Shown one piece after another: positions 36,885 through 50,496 of a stretch of 64,000 nucleotides of DNA. The notes under the pieces were generated by a model. It saw only the letters and a program-made list of their open reading frames with translations. It had not been told where the DNA came from and did not search any database. Origin of the DNA: Octopus sinensis. Its lineage: Eukaryota. Made by a program: the position numbers and the translations under genes. Within the stretch, counting starts at the first letter, position 1; each line of letters begins with the position of its first letter. The stretch is taken from positions 1,426,001 through 1,490,000 of the forward strand of contig NC_043024.1 of the NCBI RefSeq assembly GCF_006345805.1, given 5' to 3'.

Positions 36885-37360
36885 CCCAGTAGATAGATGG
36901 ATAGATAGATATGTTGGTAAATGGATAGGTAGATAGATAGACAAACATACATACAGAGAGACAGATAGAGAGATGGATATGTGGGTAAATAGATAGATGA
37001 ATGGATAGATAGGTAGGTAGGTAGATATGTGGGTATATAGATGGATGGATAGATAGGTAGGTAGGTAGATATGTGGATAGATAGATAGATGGATGGATGG
37101 ATAGGTAGGTAGGTAGATATGTGGGTAAATAGATAGATGGGTCGATATGTAAGTAAATGGATTGATTGATAGATAGATAAACATACATACATACAGAGAG
37201 ATAGATAGATAGATATGTAGGTAAATAGATAGGTAGATAGATAGATATGTAGATAAATGGATAGATAGATATGTAAGTATACGGATAGATAGACAGATAT
37301 ACATACATAGACAGGGACATAGATAGGTAGATATGTAAGTATATGGATAGATAGATCTAA
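36885..37360. repeat. (TAGA)/(TAGG)/(TGGA) compound tetranucleotide array
   Basis: Direct reading; similar arrays at 45610-45860, 47700-47960 and 61760-61880. Confidence 0.97.
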
Positions 37361-38654
37361 ACACTCTCCCGTTGTCATTGTCTTTCTCTTTTCTCTCTCT
37401 CTCATAGACATACAACATTTTTACACAGAGCTTTTTAGTTGCATGACATTCTAATTATCAGCTGTTGACAAGAGATCTCGCAGCAATATGGATGTATCGA
37501 TACGTACGAGTGCATGCTATGTGTGCGTGTGTATAACAAGTCACGGAGTTTGGTGTTCTAGTAAAACAAACACTCTAAGTTCAGTATTGAGTGCATCTCT
37601 CTTCCTCATTGTTCACGTTTGAGTGTTTGCGCGCGCGCGTAACTTTCTCTCATATCTCATCTTTTATTTGTTTCTGTCACTGGACTGCGGCCATGCTGGT
37701 GCAACACTGTGAAGGATTCTGAGGCCGAACAAGTCGAACCCAATGCTTATATACTTTTCGCTTTAATTTTAGTTTTATCGATCTCTTTTTGCCGAACTGC
37801 TAAGTTACGGGACATGAACGAACCAACACCATTTGTCAAGTGTTGAAGGAGTGACAATAACAGACACACACACACACAAGACGCAACGAAAATTTTAGGA
37901 AAAATAAATATGTAAATGGTTGGAAATTTTACCTGTGAGTAAGTTAAATAATAAGGCACTAAAACAGAATTGTTCCCGCCAGACACAATAAAATATGCTT
38001 CAACACACGAATTCACATAAAGAATCTTGCAAACCAAATGCGAAAATGAAACACACACACACACAAAGCGAGCTTCTTAAGCTGTATGTTGGGAAGATCA
38101 TCCCACCAATAATAACACAAGCACTGGTTGTAATTCACTTCTGAACTGACTGATTTGTTAAATTCTTGGCAGTCTAACTTCAAGATTCATGTAAAACAAA
38201 TCGTTCCCTTATTTCAGTCATTTGACTGTGGCCGTGCTGGAGCACCGCTTTGAAGATTTTTTAGTCGAACAATTCGACCCCAGGAATTATTTCTTTAAAG
38301 CCTCGTACTTATTCCATCAGTCTCTTTTGCCGAACCGCTATGTCGCGGGGGCGTAAATATATATATACAACGATGGGTTTCTTTCGTTTCTGTCTTCCAA
38401 ATCCACTCACAATGCTTTGGTCAATTGTTGGCTGGTAGAATCGTTAGCACACTGGACGAAATGCTTGGCGGTATTTCGCCCGTCGCTACGTTCTGAGTTC
38501 AAATTCCGTCCAGGTCGAATTTGCCTTTCATCCTTTCGGGGTCGATAAAATAAGTACCAGTTAAGTACTGGGATCGAGGAAATCGACTATTCCCCTCCCC
38601 CAAATTCCAGGCCTTATGCCTATAGTAGAAAGGATATATATTTTATATACATAC

Positions 38655-38978
38655 AGGCGCAGGAGTGGCTGTGTGGTAAGTAGCTTGCTAACCAACCACA
38701 TGGTTCCGGGTTCAGTCCCACTGCGTGCTTGTGAGTGGATTTGGTAGATGGAAACTGAAAGAAGCCTGTCGTATATATGTATATATATATATAAATATAT
38801 GTGTTTGTGTGTGTGTCCCTAGCATTGCTTGACAACCGATGCTGGTGTGTTTACGTTCCCGTCACTTAGCGGTTCTGCAAAAGAGACCGATAGAATAAGT
38901 ACTGGGCTTACAAAGAATAAGTCCCGGGGCGGTGCTCCAGCATGGCCGCAGTCAAATGACTGAAACAAGTAAAAGAGT
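38655..38978 (+). mobile_element. SINE family A with internal deletions
   Basis: Family A sequence lacking two internal blocks. Confidence 0.88.
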
Positions 38979-39394
38979 ATATATATTATATATATATATA
39001 TAGAGAGAGAGGGGGTAAGAGATAGATAGCTGTGTGTATGTATATATATATGTGTGTGTGTGTGTTTATCTATCTGCCTATATCTATATGTATACGTGTA
39101 CATTGAGGCAGAAACAAAGAGGCGAAAATTCGAAGTCACTATTTTCTTTCTAAAAATTAAATATCCTTCATTTGACATATGATATATATATAAATATATG
39201 AAAGAATATATTTATATTTTCATATATTTATATTTTTAAAATAAACATACAAATTTCCACACGAAAGCACGTAATCTGTGCCCTAGGCACGAAACTTCAA
39301 CCGTGTTTTTTCTGATGTGAATTTGCTACCCAGGTATCGGTTAATTCGAATTATCCATAATAAGATAATTCATTCAACTACTCAAATATATATA

Positions 39395-39426
<32 letters not shown>

Positions 39427-39506
39427 GACACAGTTGATATGCATATACAAATACATGTATACATATAGGCACACGCAGATATACGTCCATATATATATAT
39501 ATATGT

Positions 39507-39586
<80 letters not shown>

Positions 39587-40883
39587 ATATATATATATAT
39601 ATACCCATAGATATTATACACAGATTGCTTCAAACGTTGTTACGAAAAGAAAAAACCTAGACGAATACGTAGAGCAACATTATACAGTAACACTATATCC
39701 ACTAAATAAACTGTCCAGCTCTCTCTCGGCATGTATCTGGAAATCAGTGAATCAAATATATCACCCTATCAATCGAACTATCTCCTGTAGTTCAATGCTC
39801 GTTTGTTTGTACAAGAGTGTATCAAACACGATATAAATTAAAAACCTTGCTCTATTTCCCCGCCATGTGCGCGCGGTTGTGCACCCCCTTTGCTTCACAT
39901 TTCGTGTGTCTGTGTGTCCGTCTGTCTTACTATGTCAACCTAGATACAGAGATATATATCTGTAATAGTCCTATATTGTTTTGTAAGTGCGCTGGTAATT
40001 TATCTGTCGCTCGATCTCTGCGAGTGTTTATAACGGATTCATTTACTCTAAAACTCACGTGTGAAGATTTATAGACGGAGGAGTTAAGACATAGATATGC
40101 TTAGCATTAAATTTTGATACCATTGCCTGAACAGGCGCCATTAGTGTGGCTTTTAATACTAATTAAAGTCGCCTCTCGTCTATGTATTAGGAATGTGTAT
40201 ATGATATATAGATATATATATAAGTATATATATATATATATATATATGTGTGTGGGTGCATCTATATTGTATACGTGTATCTATGTATATATATATATAT
40301 ATGTGTGTGTATGTATGTGTGCCTGTGGGTGCGTATATATTGTATATGTGTATGTATGTATATATATGTATATGTGTGTATGTATGTATATATATATGTA
40401 TGTATGTATGTGTGCCTGCGGGTGCATGTATATTGTATACGTGTGTATGTATGTATATATCTATCTAGGATCTTTTCCTTAACTAGAAAATTCCGTCCAT
40501 CAAAAGGAAAATATCCTCTATCTATATATATATATATATATACACACATGTCTTTACTTGTGTATGTGTATGTACATTCTATATATATATATAATATATA
40601 TGTGTGTGTGTGTGTGACAATATGTGCAAGGGTTTGTGTATCCAATGCGTGTGTGTAACCTGGATATAACTCGTCTTTGTTCATACAACCGTTATATAAC
40701 AATGAGTCCCCCACCCACCACCATCACCACCGCCGCCGCCGCCACTATCATCTCCACAAAAAAACCTCCACCACCTCTACTATTTAGGGCCGTATATATA
40801 TATATATATGCCTATGGATGTGTGCCAATATATATATAATATATATATATATATGTATGTATGAGTGTATATATGTGTGTGTG

Positions 40884-40928
<45 letters not shown>

Positions 40929-41209
40929 TCACACGCACACGTATCCAGGTGTGTGATGGAGGGTCCAGGTGCTTGACACATACCGCGGTCGAATGCGGTC
41001 CGCTCTGTGCTCTGCCGATGCCTTGTGCCTTTATGCTGGCATGATTCTGGTATATTTATAGAATGGTGGGAATGTTATTTGTAAACACACAGGATGATGG
41101 ATATTGAAGAATTAAATTAGCAGCGACTTCTTCCCCACCCAATCACCGCTCCCACCGTCTCACCCCGAACACGTTTTTCTTGGCACCAAATGTATGGGCG
41201 GATAGGCTC

Positions 41210-41211
41210 AC

Positions 41212-41293
<82 letters not shown>

Positions 41294-41765
41294 TATATAT
41301 ATACATACATACATATACATATATATATATATATATATGTGCGTGCATACATGTTTGTGTGTATATATATATACGTACACACGTACATATATACACACGT
41401 ACATACATACATACATATACATATATACCTACATACATACATATATACATACATTCATACATGCATACATACACACGTACATACATGCATACACACATAC
41501 ATACATACACACATACATATATACATACACACACATACATACATACATACACACTTACATACACACACACATATACATACACACACATACATACATACAT
41601 ACACACTTACATACACACACATACATACACACACACATATACATACACACACATACATACACACATACACACTTACATACACACACATACATACACACAT
41701 ACACACTTACATACACACACACATATACATACACACACATACATACACACACACACATACATATG
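41210..41765. repeat. (TA)/(CATA)/(CA) compound microsatellite
   Basis: Direct reading. Confidence 0.97.
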
Positions 41766-42114
41766 TTTGGTGATACAAACAAGAAAAGTAGAACTCAAAG
41801 TGTATATATATGTATGTGTCTGCGTGTGTGTTTTTTTATCTACATCTGCTTCTTTTCCTTTTTTATTAATAATCGGCAGAAATTACGGTGACTCCAAGAC
41901 CCCGAAAGCATCTTGAATATAAAGGTGTGTGAGTGCGTATATATGGCTGTGTGTGTGCATGCGTGTTTGAATGTATATGTGTGTGCATACATATTTGTAT
42001 GTGTGTATATATGTATGTATATCTTCCAAGATAAAGTACGTTTGTAGCACATGGATATGTATTCATGTAGAATATTGTACATGTGTGTGTGTAAGGATGG
42101 ATCAGCACATTTAT

Positions 42115-42378
42115 GGGTACTTCTTGAGAACAGTGGTCCCGGTGCGCGCACTCGCGTACTCGCGCATCCGCGCTAGCTAGTCATGACTAGTCGATCCTTT
42201 GTGTTTTTGTGTTTTATTTACTTTGTTTAATAAAAATTATTTATTTTGTGTAAAAAAATTATTTATTTTGTGTTTTATTTACTTCGCTAGGTAAGTCGTT
42301 GTAGGATCGACTAGTCACGACTAGCTAGCGCGACTACGCGAGTGCGCGCACCGGGACCACTGTTCCCAAACAGTACCC
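42115..42378. mobile_element. Second copy of the CpG-rich foldback MITE
   Basis: gggtact...gaacagtggtcccggtgcgcgcactcgcgta.../...tacgcgagtgcgcgcaccgggaccactgttc...agtaccc around an AT-rich spacer. Confidence 0.85.
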
Positions 42379-43106
42379 GTTTATGAATGAATACTTTATT
42401 TATTTGGTATTTAAGAGGTAATTTGGAAATAAAGGCACAGACAGTCGTGAAAAACACTTGCAAAGCAACAAAAACGACCGCACACACAGACACACAACCT
42501 GGTAAAAAGAAAATAAAGCGAACCAGATATGGGTCCCCCACAAACACATATATATCTACTATCATAAATACACATTTCCCCTCCAAAATGTATAAAATAC
42601 ATGAAGGTCTGGAGGCAAGCGAGACATTAAAAGAGAGTCGCCTGTCATTGATGAGGTCGCGCGAATGGCGGCGAAAGGACTCTGACGAACCGAGCCGAGT
42701 CATTGATTGATTGATTTGATCGAACGATTTACTCGGGCAATGGTAATCGATTAGTTAAGTGGTTAATTGATTAACCTGTTGACTAACAAATCATCAGAAG
42801 TGAATAAAAACCAGAGTGTGTTTATTATCGACAAATGACCCTCCCCAGAAAACATATACCTGCGTGTGTATACACACGTAATGTATGTGTGCACAGATAC
42901 AAATATATATACACACATATATATTAGTGGATTTATGCATTATTTCTAAATCCCTTATTTACTCAAACTATTCTGCGATTACATTTGAATTATAAATTAC
43001 AAGCTCCAAAGTGATGCCACATGTTTCGCTTGTTGAAGCTTTCGTTCTAATATATATATATATACATATATATATGCGTGTGTGTGTGTATGTATATATA
43101 TGTGTG

Positions 43107-43145
<39 letters not shown>

Positions 43146-43150
43146 GTACG

Positions 43151-43208
<58 letters not shown>

Positions 43209-44392
43209 TGAAATAAGTTTGGATTTTATTCCCTCAAATAATAATTATTATATATATATATACATACATACAAATAGGTAGATAGATATGTGTGTATATA
43301 TATATACAAATGTATTTACGTATGCATGTATGTGTACGTGTGTGTGTGTGTGTGTGCATAAAGACAGTCCTGTGTGTGTGTGTGTATCTGGGATTAAATC
43401 TCCCGGCGAGCCGGTTGCGAGACCCCGTTATGGTTTCCTCGCAACGGCTATATATTTCGCGGTACATCGCTTTATAATTCCTTTTGAGAAAGGCATCGGC
43501 ATCATATTCTCTTTCCTCAAGATACCTTAGTGCTAGTTTCTGTCTGTGTGTGCGAGTGCCGTATATTATTATCTGTAGGAGAGAGAAAAATGGAATGCGA
43601 GTGTAGCAAATGTACTTTGTAAAGAAGACACTTCCTGGTTTGTAAGCTGGCTGCTTGTGGGTCAGTAACAGGAAAAATACTAAAGCAGGGAAGTTCTTAA
43701 ATACTCTTAAAGAGATTAAAGGTGAAAGTAACAGCAACCGGGATGTTCGGTTTGTTTCCATCGCTATAAAGCGGGAAAATATATATAGTTAAACGCCCTC
43801 TCATCCGATTCTCAAATATTCAGCAACCGACACCTGGGAAAATAAAGGGAAAAAGTCTTAATTAATCAAGAGAATTATTTGTGTTAATTAATTGTTAAAA
43901 GAAAGTATGATTCTACCGTATCCAAAATGGATCGGTGCTTCTCGAAGTATTTTATTCTATTTCATTTACAATAACTGTATTTTATTAGGTGAATAAAACT
44001 TCTTTACTTCAATTATATTTGTGTTTATTCCTATTTCTTTCAGTTCTACTATATTTAGAATATTAATGATAATACTGATGATAAGGCGGCGAGACGATAG
44101 TATCGCTACGGCGCTGAGCAAAAATGCTTAGAAGCATTTCGTCCATCTGAGTTTAAATTCCGCTCTTCCTTGCACTGGGATCGATGTCACTGGCTTTACC
44201 CACTTTCCACGAATTTGCCCTCCGTGTGCCAAAATTTGAAATCAATGATAATACTGGTGTATATATATAGAGAGAGTTTAATGAGTTTTGTAGGGTGCTA
44301 TGGTAATTTAAAATGCGCCGATCAGATATCCAGAAAATTCAGTTATCTGGCAACCTTCTGGTTCCGGTAGTTCTGGATAGAAGGGAACTTAA

Positions 44393-44600
44393 GTCAGAAA
44401 ACAGCACAGCTCCCATGACTTTCGGAAACATTTTTTCACGCTCAGGGTTGCTGAAGCGTGGAATAAACTGCCTGCATCAGTTGTTGACTGCCATGACACT
44501 GCATCCTTTAAGGCCCTCATGCTTCCCGAAATCCGTCGAAACTACACCTGATTATATATACACTTTAGATGAGTTGTAGTGCACCTGAGCACTGTACACA

Positions 44601-44630
<30 letters not shown>
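44393..44630 (+). mobile_element. CR1-group LINE 3' end
   Basis: VRKQHSSHDFRKHFFTLRVAEAWNKLPASVV...SFK...*, (ATT)n tail. Confidence 0.8.
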
Positions 44631-44635
<5 letters not shown>

Positions 44636-45643
44636 ATGAAAATTAACCACAAGCTCCCAAAATGAAGGGAGTTTCCGGAACTATATCTTGTTTTAGATAA
44701 AGGGTTATTTGATGGGTGACGATCAAACCATTTCTTTCACAAAGGATGCGATCAGCGCGATTCGATCCTATCGCACTATTTAATCCATTCATGGCAAAAA
44801 ATGCGGCTTGCAGGACTTTCTGAATTGCACACCTAACAGAATATCTTGAATATTTTTAGCAATGCAGAGAGGCATTTCGTTCTGAGGTCAACATTGCCTT
44901 TCATCCTTTCGGGGTTGATAAAATAAGAACCAAACGAGCATTGGGGGCAATCAAATTGACTTGCTGCCCCTCCTCCGAAATTACCGATCTGCCAAAATTT
45001 GAAATTAATATTTTTATTAATGCTGTCCGCCTGATAAAATTAACCATGTTTCATGCGACCCGCTTCTTGAAACTATTACTGAGTTTGAGTTTAAACCCTT
45101 AACACAACAACCTGGTCCTTAAATGGAATCCTGGTCCGGGTCACCGGTTGGGGAAGGGTTCTTGAGTCGTGGATTGTTCTGTATTTCTTCCTTACAAATC
45201 TCGGAATCCCTTCACGAAAAGAAAATGGAAAAAGGGGGACGGAAAGGGATCATGAACACTGCCCTTTCTCTTCTGATGAAACCATTGAACGATGAAATAA
45301 TATAATAAACGAAATGAAATAAACGGTTTGACTCTGGGGTTGAAGGTGTTACGCTTGCTTACACTTCTTATAAAAGTTCAGTCGTCGGCGGAAATGAAGA
45401 TTTCTTCTAATGAACAAAGAATAAACACAAGCAAATTATGTTTATTTACAGATATTTTCCCTCTCTTCTGTCTTTTTGCCATCGATTGTTTTTATTTCAT
45501 GTGCAACTCCAATAATTTATTTTTTCTTTTACTCTTTTCCACTCGTTTTATCTCTGTGTGTGTGTGTTAGTATATGTACATATAGATATACATATATACA
45601 TACATATGTGTCTATCTATATCTATATCTGTCTTTCTTTCTAA

Positions 45644-45678
<35 letters not shown>

Positions 45679-46648
45679 ATAGAAAGATAGATAGATAGAC
45701 AGATAGATAGATAGATAGATAGATAGGTATATAGATAGACAGATAAATAGATAGATAAATATATAGATAGATAGATAGACAGATAGATAGATAAATAAAT
45801 AGATAGACAGATAGATAGCTAGATAGATAGGGAGATAGATTAAATAGATAGACAGACAGGTTAGTGACACATTACATGCAGTATATGACATAATCAATGA
45901 TTTTATTAAAAAATGATTATTGTCAACATGGCTACATTGAATGTATTTACACATGCACCACACACACACACACACACATATATCCATGCGAGTGTATATT
46001 TATATATATACACATATATGATAGACATCTATATATAAACACGCACTTGTATGCATACATATATACATACACACAATACACAGACTTACAGAGACAAGCT
46101 TGTATGTGCACACACTCATTTTTATATACACACACACACATACACATATATAGATATATATATATATACACACACATACACATATTTACATACATACATA
46201 CACGCTAGACACACTCACACATACATATATATAACTATTTAGATACATATAAAGACGCACACAAACACACACATATATATCTATTTACAACCATACACAC
46301 AAGGTACACATATACGCACAGATATATAGACACAGCTATATATACACACACATATACACGCACAGATACATTCATGCCCGCGCGCGCTTATGGTGCTTTT
46401 CCTTTATTTCTTTTCTTTATATAATTTTGCCTTGTCTTAAGTTTTACAACGAATAAATCGAGTGAACGACAGTGTTGCGATATTTCTTTTTTGTTTCCTC
46501 CAGCCTAGTTAGAGCTGTTTTCATTTGCACCGCTAATGACTTCTATCGCGAGCTATGAACTTCAAAACTCCTTATGATTAATTATTTTCTTATAAAGCAC
46601 ACGTTTCACGTCAGAAAACGATATTTTAAAAACCTCACGTGTAACTTT

Positions 46649-46684
<36 letters not shown>

Positions 46685-46936
46685 TGAAAAAATAAAAAAA
46701 GAATATGGTTGCTATTCAATGTTGAGGCAGATGATAGTGAATTTCACTTTTTATTTGTGATTGCAGTCGCTTCTGTTTATAAAGTTTCAATGAATTCTCC
46801 GTTTATTGATATATACTTCTTGATTTTCAAATAATTGTCAGTTTTCGCTTATGAAACATTGACTGAATTTTACGAAACTCAGGTGGCCTCTGTTAAAAAA
46901 AACAAACAAAAAAAAAACACCGCCATTGAAAGCCTC

Positions 46937-47002
<66 letters not shown>

Positions 47003-47092
47003 GCATATGTAAAATATAATAAATATATTTTATATATATAATACACTACGAGTAATATATATGTGTGGTTTATATAACACTTCGATAAATAA

Positions 47093-47156
<64 letters not shown>

Positions 47157-47785
47157 ACATATAAATATATGAATGTATATATACACACGTGTCTATATAC
47201 CTATGTATATATAATATATCCATCATATAAGTGTGTGTATACCCGCGCGTGTGTATATATATATATACACCACGAATGTGACGTGAGGTGCAAATAAAAA
47301 CAAGCATTTTTCGGGGTTTGTTTTGCTTACCGTTAATTCAGGTGAAAACAGTAAGCACCTAACAGCAACATGAATAGAATTACACAACATACACAATATC
47401 GATAAACCGATAAAGGATTGCTTGTTTTTACTTTTTATTTTTCGATAATTAAGTAATTGTTCCTACAAGCACAGGTATTTAGATACATATGGAAATGGAT
47501 GGTGGGGGAGGTTGTGTTCTTTAAGCCGTTCGTTCCTCAAGGTAATTTAGAGAATTAAGTGAACGGAATAACGTGAAGAACAAACGTGGCAGAAATAAAT
47601 GAAATATTAGTTTTTAAAAAAATTATTATTTTGATGAGTTTGCAGGAAAATTGTAAAAAAATTGTTTCATACACATAGACAGTTGATCTTAAAATATATA
47701 CAGATAGGTAGATCGATCGATAGATAAATAGATAGATAAATAGGTAGGTAGGTAGGTAGGTAGATAGATAGATAGATAGACAGAT

Positions 47786-47830
<45 letters not shown>

Positions 47831-48783
47831 CAGATAGATAGATAAATAGGTAGGTAGGTAGATAGATAGATAGATAAATAGGTAGGTAGATAGATAGATA
47901 GATACACAAAACGATCGATCGATTTGATCGGTAGACAGAGGCAGATAGATAGGTATATATATGTGTGTGTATATATATTATATATATATATATATATGTA
48001 TATATATAGATAGATAGATAACCCGCATATATTCATCTATATATCGTCGTTTAACGTCCGTTCTCATGCTAGCATGGTTTGGACGGTTCGACCGGGGTTC
48101 TGGAAGCAGAGGCTGCACCAGGCTCCAGTCTAATGCAATGTTTCTACAGCTATGCCCTTCCTAACGCAACCACTCCGTGATGTAGTGGGTGCTTTTTACG
48201 TGACCTGCACAGGTGCCAGCGGGCTGGCAACGGCCACGGTCAGATTGGTGTATTTTATATGCCACCGGCACGGAGCCAGTCGAGGCGGTGCTGGCATCGG
48301 CCACGAGTCGGATATACATACCAATCTCATATACACGTCACACATACATGCACACAAATGTCATACGTTTATACAGATATATACAAAAATATGAATAAAC
48401 AGGCACCTGCAATCACAGACATATACATACACACGCATCAGATGACACATTCACACATGTATGTCGCATCCGCATTAATGCAGGAAAATTTAACACACAT
48501 ACACACTTAAATAGACCACCTTCATATACATACACACAAATCTCTCATCCATACAGCTACGAGCTAGTAGGAAAGCCTTTATGTAGTCTCCACACCTGCT
48601 AGAAAAATGAGCCAAATGTACCTAAAATTGTTGCCCCAGAAAACAAGGACATGCTGGATAATGTGGTTTGTGGGACTGGGTTCCCTGCTCGTAGAAAATA
48701 TTTGGGATGGTCACAGGTGAAGCATCATTGATCATAAGTAAAAGCAATACATACGCACATACATACATGCATACATAGACATA

Positions 48784-49390
48784 CATAATAAAAAGGAGTA
48801 CTGGTGGAATGTCCCAGTGAAGACCCCCATAAAATGTAAACATAATAGACCTGACATAGTGATTTGGGACAGAGAAGAGAAAGTGTGTACAGTTGTGGAA
48901 ATCAGCTGCCCAATGGATGTTAACATAAAGCTAAAAATATGCGAAAAGAAAATATCTACACTGAACTATTTCAGAAATTTGCAGTTGCTCTATCCAGATT
49001 ACAAGTTCAGGTTTTATAGCTGTAATTATTGGGGCACTGGGCTATGTAACACACTGCCTAAAGACCAATCTTGAGAAAATAGGCTTCTCAAAGCCAGAAA
49101 AGAGGAAGTTGATTTGAGGACTACAGATTCAAGAATCACTGGAACTGTAAAAGTCTGTAAACCTTTCCAGAAGTTTATCATTTAAATATATATGAGCATG
49201 TCTAGATATGCAACTATATGCATGAGAATACATGCATAAAACAAAACATATAAATCTGCATGTATACATACATATATACATACAAAAATACCCTGTTGAT
49301 GTTGTTGAAATTCCAATAAAGTAGCCTTGGGTCTAGGTTAGAAACCAGCTCTTTATTGGCAAGAAATCTTGAAATTAATCTGAATAATGA
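48784..49390 (+). mobile_element. 3' end of an RLE-type (R4/NeSL-like) non-LTR retrotransposon
   Basis: YWWNVPVKTPIKCKHNRPDIVIWDREEKVCTVVEISCP (restriction-like endonuclease), then frameshifted VIIGALG; stop near 49184. Confidence 0.8.
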
Positions 49391-50119
49391 CACACAGACA
49401 GGCATTGGAGATGCTTTATACCTTGCAGAAATTGCAGGAGCTACCCAGAGGTTTTGGAAACTCTTCTAAATCCATCACAATGTCGTAAAGCTTTCCATAT
49501 TGTCTGCATGTATCCCAGGGTCACAAGTGTATTATTGCTTCTGAATGGGGCAGCAAAGACTGAATTAGTCTTCACCTCTGTGCGTGTATGTGTATCTCTT
49601 TGTGTGTCTATGTTTGCCCCCCCCCATTTCTGCATGACAACTGGTGTTGGTGTGTTTACGTCTCCAGTAACTAGCAGTTTGGCAAAAGAGTCCAATAGAA
49701 TACATACTAGGCTTTAAAAAACGTCCTGGGGCCGATTGTGCATGTGTGTGTATGTGTATGTATGTATCTATGTGTGTGTGTGTGCATGTATGTATGTGTG
49801 TGTGTGTGTGCATGTATGTGTGTCTTTTGTGTTTGTGTTTGGCTACCCCACCCACGACCCGACAACCACTGTTGCTTTGCTTACCTCTCTGTAACCTAGC
49901 AGTTCAGCAAAAGAGACTGAGAGAATAAAGTACTAGGCATTAAAAACCCCAAAAAAGTAAGTCTTGGCGGCAATTTGTTCAACTAAAACCATTCAAGGCA
50001 ATGCCCCAGCATGGCCATGATGCAACGAGTGAAATAATTAAAAGATAAAAAATAAAACATGCCAGTACAAGAGGAAACTGTAGTCAGATTGAATTTACTC
50101 TTTTTTTTTTTTTTTTTTT

Positions 50120-50496
50120 TTGTTTCAGTCATTTGACTGCGGCCATGCTGGAGCACCGCCTTTAGTCGAGCAAATCGACCCCGGGACTTATTCTTTGTAA
50201 GCCCAGTACTTATTCTATCGGTCTCTTTTGCCGAACCGCTAAGTGACGGGGACGTACACACACCAGCATCGGTTGTCAAGCAATGCTAGGGGGACAAACA
50301 CACACACACATACACACACACATATATATATATATATACGACAGGCTTCTTTCAGTTTCCGTCTACCAAATCCACTCACAAGGCATTGGTCGGCCCGGGG
50401 CTATAGCAGAAGACACTTGCCCAAGATGCCACGCAGAGGGACTGAACCCGGAACCATGTGGCTGGTTAGCAAGCTACTTACCACACAGCCACTCCT
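50120..50496 (-). mobile_element. SINE family A
   Basis: Full-length reverse copy with an A-rich tail. Confidence 0.92.
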
